From Marsupella aquatica (taxonomy: Eukaryota > Plantae > Marchantiophyta), in assembly GCA_973895155.1 (NCBI GenBank), contig OZ316893.1, positions 17,887,836-17,951,835 of the forward strand: a stretch of DNA of 64,000 nucleotides. The letters are read 5' to 3'. Positions 23,167 through 35,484 of this stretch are shown here, in pieces. A program made the position numbers and the translations under genes. The notes under the pieces are model-generated. The model was not told the origin of the DNA, made no database searches, and saw only the letters and a list, made by a program, of their open reading frames with translations. Every line of letters begins with the position of its first letter. The stretch's first letter is position 1.

Positions 23167-23893
23167 ATGGCTTGTCCAAAACGGCCAGCACGCAGAGGCG
23201 AATCACACGTGAGGCACGAATCCATGAGTAGACATCGTCATTGGTCCAATGTACAAATTCATTAGAAAGTCGCTCATGTCTATGCCATTTGTGATGATGG
23301 AGGTGACCTAGTCATGTGTGATGGCCCCTGCTTGAGACAATTCCATGTCAATTCCTAGTCCACTTATGCACTAGAGAATGCATGCCCTAGGGTTGGGCTC
23401 CAGGAGGACCATCAGGGTGCTTGGACCTGCTTTGATTGTGCCACTAATATCAACAAGTGTGCTCAATGTGGCACAAATGGCACTCTTGGGGGGGGTGAAG
23501 CAGAGTTGCAAAAATATCCCGACAGGTTCTGTGTTTGTTTTTTCTGTTTGATATGCCTGCCCCATGATAACTCTCTTTGCCCACTGCATATTTGTCCTGT
23601 TTGTGGGGAGCCTGATGATGACTACTGGATAGACATGGTCCATTGTCCCAGATGTCCCACAGCCTGGCACGTACCATGAGTGTTTACTAGCCCTTCAGGA
23701 AAAAGGGTATGCATGTGACCGACAGATTTATTCCCACTCTGCACACGGGGTTGATAGGTGGTTTTTGTATTGCCACCTCCATATGATTGACCCTCATCTG
23801 CAGACCCCTACAAGAGACCACTTGACTTGGCTATTGTTGGATGACACCTCCAGCGCCAGCAACAAAACAAGAGAATCAGTACCAACAGGCTGA
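23167..23893 (+). pseudogene. EDM2/NSD-type multi-PHD finger module
   Basis: Manual translation gives AICDDGGDLVMCDGPCLRQFH, WTCFDC, KCAQCG, CPLHICPVCG, HCPRCPTAWH and IDPHLQTPTRDH. Contains stops and frameshifts. Confidence 0.75.
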
Positions 23894-24780
23894 GCTAAAT
23901 GAATCCAAGTTCATTGCACATTTCACATTTTGGACTTCTTAATGAAGTGGGGCACCTCACTGCAGTGTCAACCATAGATCAAAAACACCATTCTACACTG
24001 AGTTGTCTTTCAAGTTTGTGACTGCATAGTCAATTTTGATCTTGCTTTTTCAGTTCAGCCATACATGGTTCTGTCCTTATACCTTCGTACACAATGACAC
24101 CTCAAAAACTAAGTTAACTTTTTTTTTGAAGACTGATTAAGTTAATTGCAATTTCAAAGTTAGGGCCTACACAAGGATGTCTGTGTGTTTTCCACTTTGA
24201 GCAAATCATGTGTATGGTAAGAGACCATAACTGTGAAAGACTAAAAATTCCAAGCAGACAGTGTTTCCTGGAATAAACAAATAGGCATGCATTGGAGTAT
24301 GAAAATACATATATAGCTCAAATTATGTATTTGTTTTTGCTCTTTACAAAGGTCATCTGCCTGTACCTGACCCATACATTTGTACAATTACAGATGTGAC
24401 TGGAAATTGGGCTTTTGAATGAAATCATTCTCAATCCCCACCACTATGACCTAAGAGACAGGTATTTTTATGTGAATTCAGGCTATATCCACAACAAATC
24501 AATATATAGGGCCACGTGTATGCTATGTGTGTACTCAAATGGGTTGTCACTCTACTTTCATCATTCTCTTTACATAAACACATCATGGTTGATATATAAT
24601 ATGACTGAAGAGCATATGGTTTGTCATATAACTTCGTCATGGGATTTACTGCATGTATTGACTTTTGATCCTGTCATGTGGGCCACAATCAGGGAGAGTG
24701 CACTTTGTGTCATCAGAGAGCATCGGGCTGAGGGACAGGCAATGCAGGCATTGGTATTTCTCTGTTGGCTTTTATTATAG

Positions 24781-25590
24781 GAGGCATCACGCCTTCCAAA
24801 CGGAAGCGCAAACCTGTCCTTCTTCCACCTTCCCAGTGTGCTCCCATCTTCCAAGGGGTCAAAGTCTTTTTCAATTGTCCCAGGTATTCAGAGTGCAAGA
24901 TTGGATATCCTTAGGAGAAAACTCATTGAGCGTCATGGTACAGAGACACAATCTCAACTACAGGACACTAAAGTCATCCATATTATTGCAGAAGCATGGG
25001 AACATTGTCTGCAAATGGCATCTTGGTCGGTTTTCTATGACAGTCTTCTTGAGGCATGTCAAAGTACTTTCAGCAGAATGGATGTCTGACTCCTTTAGAA
25101 AAGGGAGTGTCCAAGATCCTGATGATTATAATTGTTTGAGAGCAAGTACAACAGCATCCAAATGATGAAAGACAATCAAGATTGGCACAAGGCATGTAGA
25201 ATTGCAAGGAGAGATGGTAGTAGGGTGCCCTCTATTGACCAGATCACAAAAGTATACAACAACATTATCCCATATGAGACACAACCCTTCCCAAACCGTA
25301 CCATGTTCAGAGGTTTGAGGGCTGCTATACTTGACAAGTCTATCAAACCATATAGGGTCTGTCGTTTCAAGAGGGAGATTAGTAGAAGAGGTGGTATTGT
25401 GATTGAGAAGCTCACTAATGAGACCACCCATCTCATTGCTTATTCATATTCTAAGGCATGCCGAGAGTATGGAAAGTCCACGGTACGATGGCTCATCACA
25501 CATGGGTTGCGTGTGGTCTGCCCTGAATGGGTAAGGCAGTCACTTTCAGGAAATATGCGATTGGATGAGCATAAATATGATTTTGTATGA
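24781..25590 (+). pseudogene. Tandem BRCT domains (DNA polymerase lambda-type)
   Basis: GIQSARLDILRRKLIERHG..VIHIIA..EWMSDS and MFRGLRAAIL..GGIVIEKLTNETTHLIAY..VCPEWVRQSL. AG acceptor at 24780. Confidence 0.7.
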
Positions 25591-26131
25591 AGTATGGCCA
25601 GCAAAGCCATTCATTCCCTATGACGACTTAGAATATGTTACTTCTGAGTTCCAGACCACGGATGAAGAGTTTTTTGATAGTGCGTATGATTTTGTTAATT
25701 AGCCCTTACTAATGATTATGAATAACTAAGGTCTCAACTGTCTATGCTATCTAGACCATTACATTTTTGAAAACTTTTGTGTGTTATTTTTGGTCTACAA
25801 GACATTACTCCTTTTCATCCTCCAAATGTCTTGGTTTTGCATGTGGAGATGTATGGCAGTGTATGATGTTGTACCATTGACTGGTCAACGACCAAGCACC
25901 TCATCGATTATAGAAAGTTTGTTATGATGTTGTTGCCTGTAGTGAGCAGATGATACATGAGCAGGTCGGGCGCCAGCACAGAGCAGACTTGATAGTGAGT
26001 GTGTTTAGCGTCTATGATATTCCCTTAATGAAACTTGCATGTCTCCCTCGATGTACTTAGAATATGAAATTGTATAAACCTGTTTGGTGCACAGGGTACA
26101 TAGCCAAGGGGTGCCTAGGATAGTTGAAGGT

Positions 26132-28873
26132 ATGCATCAGGCAAGTGAGGATGGACAGTTGGGCAAAAGAATCAAAGACATACCATTGAACTATGACTCC
26201 CTTTGCATCACCCATTGAGGATCACACGTCATGACTCCAAGTTGTGGAATAGAGAGGTGCTTAGAGCAAGCAGGGGCAGAAATGCCCGGATGAGATGCCC
26301 CTGCACAGAGTGTCGAGGATACCACTCGATGACCCAGAATCAAGTGCATTCTCATCTTCAAAGGCATGGAAGACATCCAATCTGCAAGGTCTGGAATGTG
26401 CCAGAGGAAGAGGATTCATCGGATGATGAATGGAGAGCAGATTTTGAAAATGTGAATACTGCAAGACGCTCTGCATTCTTTCATAACGTCACTGGTCCTG
26501 CAGGGAACAATGCCAAAGATGAGTATGTTCCATAGGGAGGTCCCAAGACTTCTAATGAGGACGGGGCAGATGTTCCCCGGATGGTTTCAGACATTTTTGA
26601 AGACCTGGATGCACTTTATGAAGATGCATAGGCACAGGGGGACAAAGAACCAGACATGCATGGTGCAGGTCCGTCGGACCAAGAAGAGTTTGACATTGGA
26701 GAACGAGCTGGAGATTATGGTCAATTCTTGGGAATTGGGGCCAACTTGGAGGAAGCTACGTCCCCATTGTATGGTGGTGCAAATTGCTCCAAAATAGGGT
26801 TCATAGTGATATTCCTCAATATATGTGGATGTCACCGTGTGCCCAACATATGTGTTGTGAGTTGTTGATGTTCCTATAGAGGACAATACTACCCGCTGGA
26901 AACATTGCTCCTACGAACATGTATGAGGCAAAGAAGGTGATGAGCAAACTTGGTTTGAATTATGTGTCTATCCATGCATGCCCAGATGGCCATGTACTTT
27001 TCAAAAAAGAATATGCTGATTGCCTATCTTGCCCTATCTGCGGACAGCATAGATATAAGAACGTGGGGAAGTCAACTCAACCTGCTAAGGTCTTGTGGCA
27101 TTTCTGGGGGCATTTCCCTCTCATTCCAAGATTGCAGCCCCTCTATAGGTGTCCATCCATTTCTAAGAAGATGACTTGGACCTTTGATCACAAGAGTACA
27201 AATGGTTTGCAACGTCACGATGGCTTTTTGTCCTGGGAGATATGGTGCCCCTGGACGCTGGAGCATTAACGATGCAATTAGATGTATGGTAGATTTCAAT
27301 TCATTGCCAAATGTGGACATTGTAGGAGTCACTGCTATTTGTGGACGCTTGGGAATGAGATCAATTCAGGACGGATGGTCGGTGGAGACAGGGGGCTGGA
27401 AAGACCTTCCGCTTAGGGGGCAGGTGCTGCGAGGATTCACGGGGGAGCACAGAGGGCTGGCTAGAGCGTTCCTAGGGAGAATTTGGGAGTCAACTGCCTG
27501 CAGGTGGGACAGGGATCCTCCGGCCAGACAGTGGAGCTGGTCTGACAGGGCAGAACCTCTCAAGGACTTTCAGATCACCAACTGCAGGGTCTACCAGTTC
27601 TTGAGACCCAAGATGAGCCGTCATGTGCTGCTTAATAGGTGCTGGTCCTCACACCGGTCGGAAATTGAATGGTGCATTGGATGGAAGAAGCTGTGGATTT
27701 CTGACCTCTCCTGCAGGGCAAAAACCTTTATCTGGCGGATCCTGGTTGGTGGATTGTTTACTGGTCAACGGGCCCTCCGTATCCAGGCTGGTACTGGGAA
27801 TTGCAAGCTTTGCTATGGGGTCTTGGAGACGATGCAACATTTGTTCATTGAATGTTCCCATGCCTCATGTTGATGGAGGATGTGTGACAGGATTTTGACG
27901 GAGCTTCGCTTACCCATTGGAGGTGGTCTGCTGGCTATTCTTGATGCATCGACAAGACCGGAGCCTATTCACACTGCTAGGATCTTTTGTGTATATCAGA
28001 CTCTTTGGATGATTTGGCTGGGAAGAAATGAACATATGTTCTCTGACAAGGTGGGACGTTCATTTGACTTGGGCCTGATGCTTGCTGAGACTGCCAATCA
28101 CATCCATGCGGTTGGGGCTGGTTTACGCTTTGGGCGGCGTCGCTCTCGGTTGAACCGGGCTCAGGAATGGTTGCGGGGAACGAGGCAAATCTGGCTGAGA
28201 CGGGGTGGGGACAGGATTCTCTTGGTGCCCTCTAGCAGCGGCGTTGCTAATTGAGGGGTCTGCTTTTTGGGGGGCTGCTGTGGGAAGGGCATGGATGCTC
28301 TCTTGATCGGTGTTATTTCCCTTCTTTGAGGGGGGGCTCTCCCTGGGGCTTTGATGCTCTCTTTTGTGCTTTTGGGCTCTCTTTGTGGCTCGCTAGTATG
28401 TTGTTGCTGTCCCTGTATTAAGGGCTGTTGTTCCCCCTATCCGTGGGGTCTTTCACGGTATTAAAATTTATAAAAAAAACCATTCCAAGGAACGTCACGT
28501 TGGTGATTCCAACCATTGGAAGTACATAGATGAGGATTGGCCGGACTTTGCAGTAGAGAGCATAAATGTGAGGTTTGGTCTAAGCCTTGACGGTGCTAAT
28601 CCTTTTGGAGACAAGAACAACGTGTATTCCTTGAGCAGTATCAAATTCCAGGGCCACGGGCGATATCTTCCTGCCAACCACCCTTTCAGGCACAGGCAAT
28701 CCCACATAGCCCGCTTCAACAACCAGAGGGAGCTTTGAGAGCCACATGTGTTGGTTAGTAGAGACCAGCTTCTGCAATGGGGACTGAACAAGGTGTCTTA
28801 TGATGAATATGGTGCTTCTAGAGACGTGCCAAACCACCCAATAAAGACTCATGGCATCAAAAGACAGACAATC
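26132..28873 (+). pseudogene. CACTA/En-Spm transposase (TnpD-like), degenerate, split by a LINE
   Basis: CPCTEC..HLQRHG, EATSPLYGG, IHACPDGH..CPIC, HFPLIPRLQ; resumes after the LINE as WKYIDEDWPDFA..NVRFGLSLDGANPF, HGIKR. Confidence 0.9.
27220..28490 (+). mobile_element. 5'-truncated L1-type LINE
   Basis: zf-RVT (KTFIWRI..CKLC..ETMQHLFIEC), poly(A) at 28472-28479, 9-bp TSD AACGTCACG at 27211-27219 and 28491-28499. Confidence 0.9.
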
Positions 28874-31800
28874 ATGGACACCTAGGCCTAGGCCTTAACC
28901 CGGGCTTTGGCTTAGACAAGCACATCCTTCGTAAATATGAGGGTTCGGGCAGGGAGGGATGCACAAAATGCTCCTAACTCACATAAACTAGCGCTAAGTG
29001 CGCTTACTGTTATGTACAGACACCTCCTAGGTATAGTTTGTGTTCCGCCGCCATAACGTACCTTAGTCGACACGAGGTCGACCCCGGCTCACGGACTTCT
29101 AAGCCTTCGTGTTACCGCCTTCAATCCGGATCCATTAGTACAAGGGCTCAACCCGGGCTCGCAACCCCGTTCCCGTATTCGGCACCCCGTGCACGGTTGG
29201 CATAACGTGTTTGGCCCGGCGTTGATACTTTGCACACGAGACTCATACATGCATTCATACATAACAGAAATCTCGATTTACACGAAGGAATTAAGGAGAA
29301 AGGATTTCATTCATTTATGATCATACACTTTACGATTGGTTGACCCGACACCTCGTGAACGAACGGGTCCAAGGCCAAGGAGTATACACTACAATGGAGC
29401 CTAGCTCCGCACTCGCCCAACGAGCTTAGTCGTATACCCTCCCCTTGGCACTCCGGTACTTCACCGAGTTTGGGACTCCCCATGCGTACTGCGAATGGCT
29501 AACCTCTGAGTCTAAAATCCCCCTCCCCTAACCTCTACTAGGGGGCCGCTAAATACTAAGGGCTGAGGACCGGCCTGGCCTTTGCCTGAATCTACGCTAA
29601 CTTATATCCTTGCTAAGCTGGTGCTTGCTTGTCCTATTAGTTTAACCTATTCTACACAGGCTGGCTAATGTGTCAGCGCCGCTATCTTTTGGCTGGCACT
29701 TGTCCTACCAGCCTATTTTAGCTACTCCTAAGTCTATTCTAAGCCTAACCCTCCGCTAATGTCTGGTGCGCTTGCCAAAGCCGTCTGGGTGGGAGCGGCC
29801 ATCCCGCTGCCTACAAAGTCTGTCGTTGTCCGCCTTGAGGAGTTGGACTTGGTCCAACAGAGATTCATTTTCTCGCTTTGCCGCATCCATCTCCTCAATT
29901 GCCTCCTGGCATGCCTCTTCCAATTGTTGGGCGTTGCTCGTTAGCTTGTCCACCACTGGGTCTATTTCTCGGCTTTGGCTTGAAGCCGTGTCACTTCGGC
30001 CTGCAGGGTGGCAATCTCCGCAGTGTCACGTTGGGCCCGCTCTTTGGCCTCCTCTAGGTCTTTCTGCCAGATGATAGTTTGGTTCTTCAAACTGTCAACC
30101 TGGGTCCGGAGCCGTGCAATCTTGGCCTCCTTCCCGACTTTGGCCTGTTTGGCTAAGGCGGTAAGGGCATGCGCATTTGCTAACAACTCATTGGCGGCTG
30201 CAACCTTGGGTCATAGTTGTAGAAGCTCAGCCTCTTGAGCTGCAACTTCATCCTCTAGGTACACGGACTCAACCCGGTACCGCTCTATCCGTTGAAGGGC
30301 CTCCGATTGAGCCCGACCTGCCTTTACTGCGGTAACCAACTCCTGATTGAAGAAGTAGGCTACCTTCCGAGCCATGAACTCCCCGGTATCTAGGGCTATC
30401 TATTGGGAGAAATCTCCCAAAAGCCCATTTAGAAATGTACCTGGTATGAAGAGTTCCGAGTGGTCCAGGTTATGCCCGTCTGGAGTTGGGCACGGGCAGA
30501 CGTTAACTCGCGTGGGAGCCGGGGTAGTGACATCCAGCCCTGGGGATGTACTGTTGGAAGGGGCTGGAGTGTCCTCCTCCACCATCGGGCCATCCTCTGG
30601 AATAGCCACTGGTGGGTCTTCTGGACCCTCGGGCTCGGGAAAAGCCTCCACCGCCCCGACTTCTGCTCCAGGCCCGGCCTGGTTGATTGCATCTAAGGTT
30701 GCGATCACTGCCTCTTCCGGTACTTCTTTGGCCATGGCTACCGCTACCTGTGGAGATTGGATGGTGAGGCCTGCGTTGCCGCCGGACTTTGGGCCTCGGG
30801 TTGAGGCCGTCTCTCCAAGGCTGGGAGATCCACTTAGTCGGGACCAACTTAGTTACGTTGACCCGGGGAAGGGTTCGTCGATCAAACCGGGCGTACCACT
30901 CGAGAATGATCTCGATGTGGCTCGCGAAATATGCCTTCCCGCCAATGTATAGCGACTTCCTTCGCCGCTCCATCTCTTCATGGAACTTCTTAGCGAAGTA
31001 CAAAGCCCACTTCCTAGGTTGATAGTTCTCAACCTGGATAACCTGGGCAGCGGAGATCTTTCCCCGGGGTTCCATCATGTGGAGGGCGTACCTCTGGAAC
31101 TCTAGCCGCTCAGCTATCTTGGGGATGAGGCAGGTCCTCATCACAAACCCGTTGTCCACTAACCCCTCGGAGGGAAAACTCAAGGATTGGTGCTTATCTC
31201 CCTTGCCCCCGGGAGCCCGTGATTCGACTCGATGATCGCCCTCGGGTAGCCCGAAGATCATCCTGAGCCGCTCCTTTCTGAGGGACATATTCCTCCCCCG
31301 CAGCCAAGTATGCTGACGGACGTCATCATAATTCTTGACAAACTCCGTCATGTCCTCCCCGTAGTATATGCAGGTGTTCCAGGGGAGAGAGGCGAGGTGC
31401 TCAAACCCCTGAGTCTTCAAGTACACCGCATGTTTGGGGTGGAGGATGTTCTTATGCACGTTTTCCCCCATGCGGTGCATTGTTACCTTGGCTGCGGCTA
31501 CCGTGGCCATGGGTAGCCCGGATACAGCTGCGGGTTCCTTCCTCTTCTTTCCCTGAGACTGGCTCTCGTGATGGCTCGGGGAGGGTGACACCTCCCCATC
31601 CTCCCGATCGGGTATGGGTAGTGCCACCACCATTAGTATTGGGGCCGGGGAGGCTACGGTCACCGTGTTATCCGCTGGAGCAGCTACTCGGGTCCGGGCC
31701 TGGGGAAGGGGCGATGTAGTGTCGGCTCCCTGGGTGCTTGCTCCTCTAGGCCGCCTGAGCAGGGGTAAGGTATCGTCTTCGTCGTCGCTCAGGTCCATAG

Positions 31801-32870
31801 CATTGACGACGGAGCGTACTTGTACTAGCGGGGCGACCGGCGGTGGGGATTGGCTAGGTTGAGGTTGAGGTTGAGGTTGAGGTTGAGCCTGGACTGGTGC
31901 GGGTATGGGCATGGCTGGGCTGGCACCGGTGGTCGATGGTGTAGTTGCCATGAAATTCTGTAGGTGCCGGTAGAGGTTTTCTGATGCAAGTGTAGACGCC
32001 CTTGTAGATCGGGTAGTGCTAGACTCGTTGTTGATGATGTCCCGGACCCGAGCGGGGATGTGGTCAAAGTGGTGCCGCTGTAAGTTGATCGTGCCCAGGA
32101 TATTGAAGACCTCGTCCGGGAGCTGAAGCAACGCCTCCCAGAAGCCGATATATTTGCCTCCGTTGAAGAAGTACCGTGATATTTCTTTGGGTCGGTAAAG
32201 CTTGCTTTGAGATGGGTAATCAAAGTTAAGGATATAGTGATGGCGGACTGCTAGGCGGATGGCTCTCTCGTACTCGCGTTCAATCTCGTATCGTCGCGGG
32301 TTGGTGTGTTTCAACAAGTCGGCCAAGTGCCCTCCGATAGACAGGAACTGTGTCCAGAATCGTATGGCCAAACTGGAAAGGATTGTGTGCGACATTCAGA
32401 GGAGATGGAAGGCGACTAAAGATAAGAGAGAGAACTAGGGTCAAAGCTGGCACGTGGACTGAAGAACTGGTGCACTGCAAAGGATCGGCCCCCTTTTTAT
32501 ACCCTGAGAGCTTGTCAATCGCCCGTCGCCTCCTCATCGCTTATAGGTCTAGCATTTCACGCCTGTAGTGTACCGGCCACTCCGCCAGTCTGGGTCAGCG
32601 CGTGTCAGTGGCCGCCTCCCAAAGTTTGTTATACCGACCCGAGGGGGGGAAAGGGGAGGGCCCATTACACGCTCTCAACCCGGGTGTGCAAATGGCGACC
32701 CACCGCCAGCCCGAACACGAACGCCCCTTATTGACTAATGATTTCCTACTCATAATGGCTACCTAAATAATGTCGTTATGCTAATAATTACGGCCTAAGA
32801 TACCTCTACCGCGCGTGCTAAGCGTGGTTAGGCCGAATCATTTATTAGCCATCGTACTGACGACGTCACA
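28872..32870 (-). repeat. Solo-like LTR of the G1 family
   Basis: Colinear with 5425-9426 and ends in GTCACA. The left terminus is eroded; neither PBS nor PPT is adjacent. Confidence 0.85.
29756..32395 (-). pseudogene. LTR-encoded accessory ORF, second G1-family copy
   Basis: ORF 30503-32395 plus downstream pieces, clearly homologous to 6318-8959. Confidence 0.8.
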
Positions 32871-35135
32871 ACAACTTATCAGTCACCCTTGGGAAGTGTG
32901 ATACACTCTCCCCAACAGCCACCAAGGCATCCACTTCTAACAACTTCCCCTTCATGTACATGTGGAATTTGGGAAATAAGCATGGTCGTCGACTATTGTG
33001 CTTATCCTCCTCATAAAATGTGGTCCATTTCCCAACAATCTCTTGAGAGTTATACAACATGAATGCAATGAGTTTAGTGCGCTCACTAGGGTCAAGAAGC
33101 CGTTCTCCCTTTGCACCTGTCAAACGGTCATCCTCATAGTCTGCTTCTCTTGATGCCTCATCTATCCACCCCATTGGAGCATTTTAATCAAGTGTATCAA
33201 TAATGTTTGTACAATAAAACATGCTCTCTGCTCCAAGATGACGCTCAGCAATGCTACCTTCCACCCTTGCGTGATTTGAAACATAGGACTTCATCACTCC
33301 CATGTACCGCTCCACCCACTACATCCAACGACAATGTACAAGGCCTGCAATACCAACCTCACGCACTTGATGTAGTAGAAAATGAACCTGACCATCAAAA
33401 AATGAAGGAGGAAGGGCCCTTTCAAGTTTGCACACAACCTCCACTCCAAACACCTCCATTGATGCAACCTCATCCTCGTTCACCTCCTTTTGACACACCC
33501 ATCTCAACAACTTACCCAACAACCAAAGGGCATCACAAAGATCCTCACTACCCAATCCAATAATAGCAACTGGAATAACATGTTGCAATAAGCAATGATA
33601 ATCATGGGTCTCCAAGAAAGCTGGCCATTTTGGAGAGTCAAGTCCACCAAATGCCTTGCGGAGATTGGCACCATACCCTATAGGAAATCGCATAGACCCT
33701 ATGCATTTGCAAAACTCAGTCCGCTCACCTTGTGTCAAAACTTGTCGCGCCCATAATCCGGGCCTTAAATCCAAGTTAGTTCCCTGGGGTGACCACGACC
33801 ACTAGTAGGGGTGTAGTGGTCCCGATTAGCCCTAAGTTGGGCTAAGTCGATATACTTGCCGATATAATACTTACGTAACTCGTACGGGTATAGGTATATT
33901 TGTTTTCCACCGCTGGAATATTCCCACAGTTAGTGACTTGGACTAACTCCCGGCTTGGGGCTTTCAAGCCATCCACGCGACTTAGAACCTTGCGTTATGC
34001 AACCCGAGGCAATCCCTACCATTAGTCCGCACCCGGTACGTCCCTTCAAATGGCGTCTTTGCCCAGACAAAGCATGCACACAACACCAGTTACTTGCGAT
34101 AGAATCAGAGGGAAAAGACTACATTTTACTCAGCAAAGAATCGGTTTACATAGTTGACTTGACTTCTAAGGGGTCAGTAGGCCTAATGGCAGTCGATGCC
34201 CAGTCTCTACGAGGCCATGTGTAGTTTGTCAGGGAAAACCAAAAAGCACACTTTATGGTCTTCCAACTCGGTATTCGTTCCCGTAAAGAACAAGATGGGG
34301 TTGGTTTGATAGATTTAAACAACAATAATAGACTTAAGATGTTTTCCACACATAGTAATCAAGTTTGATTACTTTACTAAGGTATTTTGAAGATCGCTCC
34401 ACAGCAGTGAGAAGTTTTTAATGATATCTCAGCATTATGTAACCATAAATTAATGAAAAGGGAATGATTAACAAAATATTAAAAAAAAATTATCTTAAAG
34501 TATGCTAAGGGAGTCTGGAATTGACCAAGGTTGCTCCTTAGACATAAGTCAAAATGAAAAAACTTAAGTATTCAAATCCATATTGTTTTTCAGATCTAGA
34601 ATGTTTACTAGATTACCCTTTTAAAGTGCCGTCAACACGTCTTGTCTTTTCTTTCTAAGTGGTACTCAGACAAGATCTAAAAGAGTGACTACTTCAACAT
34701 TTAGATGGTACTAAGCAACATGAAAGAAAATCCATCAATTTCAATAAGACATAAACTCAATGAGTTAACTTTAAGAACTTAGGAATTTGTAATGAGTCAC
34801 CAAGGAGGAATCTTTCATCACAAGATCCAAAGATTTCTTACAAATGCAATTTTACTTCTTGTGTTTATGATAAGTGTAGAAACACAAGGAGGTAAGTCTC
34901 TCCTGTTATTAAGCCTAATTTAGAACTCATAGGTTCAGAATCAATAGACTTAACAAGAGGGAGAGGCAAAAATGCACAACTTAACCATAAACTACACTAG
35001 TGGTGGAGGGGTCTTATAGTAAAAATCTACAGAGTAAGAGGGTCATAAGGTCGAAGAGACATGCCTCTTCATACTCCTCAAAAAGTTAAAATGATGATTC
35101 AGTAAGTGAAAAGCCGGAAAACTGGCTAAGTCTGA

Positions 35136-35330
35136 ACTCGTAAACTAGTAAAAACGTAAAGTCGTAAAGTCACTAACTCGTAACTCGTAATCGTAAGTAA
35201 CTCGTAAGTAATAAACTAGTAACTAGTAAACTCGTAAACCCGTATACCCGTATACTCGTATTGCGGTATACTTAAGAAACTTAACGAATTCAACTATTTT
35301 TAACTTTCTACTCGTAGCTCATAAAACTCT
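35136..35330. repeat. ACTCGTAA/ACTAGTAA short-repeat array
   Basis: More than 10 degenerate copies. Confidence 0.85.
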
Positions 35331-35484
35331 CAAATTTGCCAGAAGTCTCTCCTAAGTACAGACTACACCCTAAAGTAGTCTCATAGTTTTTAAAAGCTCT
35401 AGAACACATTTCTAAAAATTGGACAAGATGTACTACTCTAAAACTTAACTAAAAACACTTAGGACTTCTGCCTTAATCTTGGTG

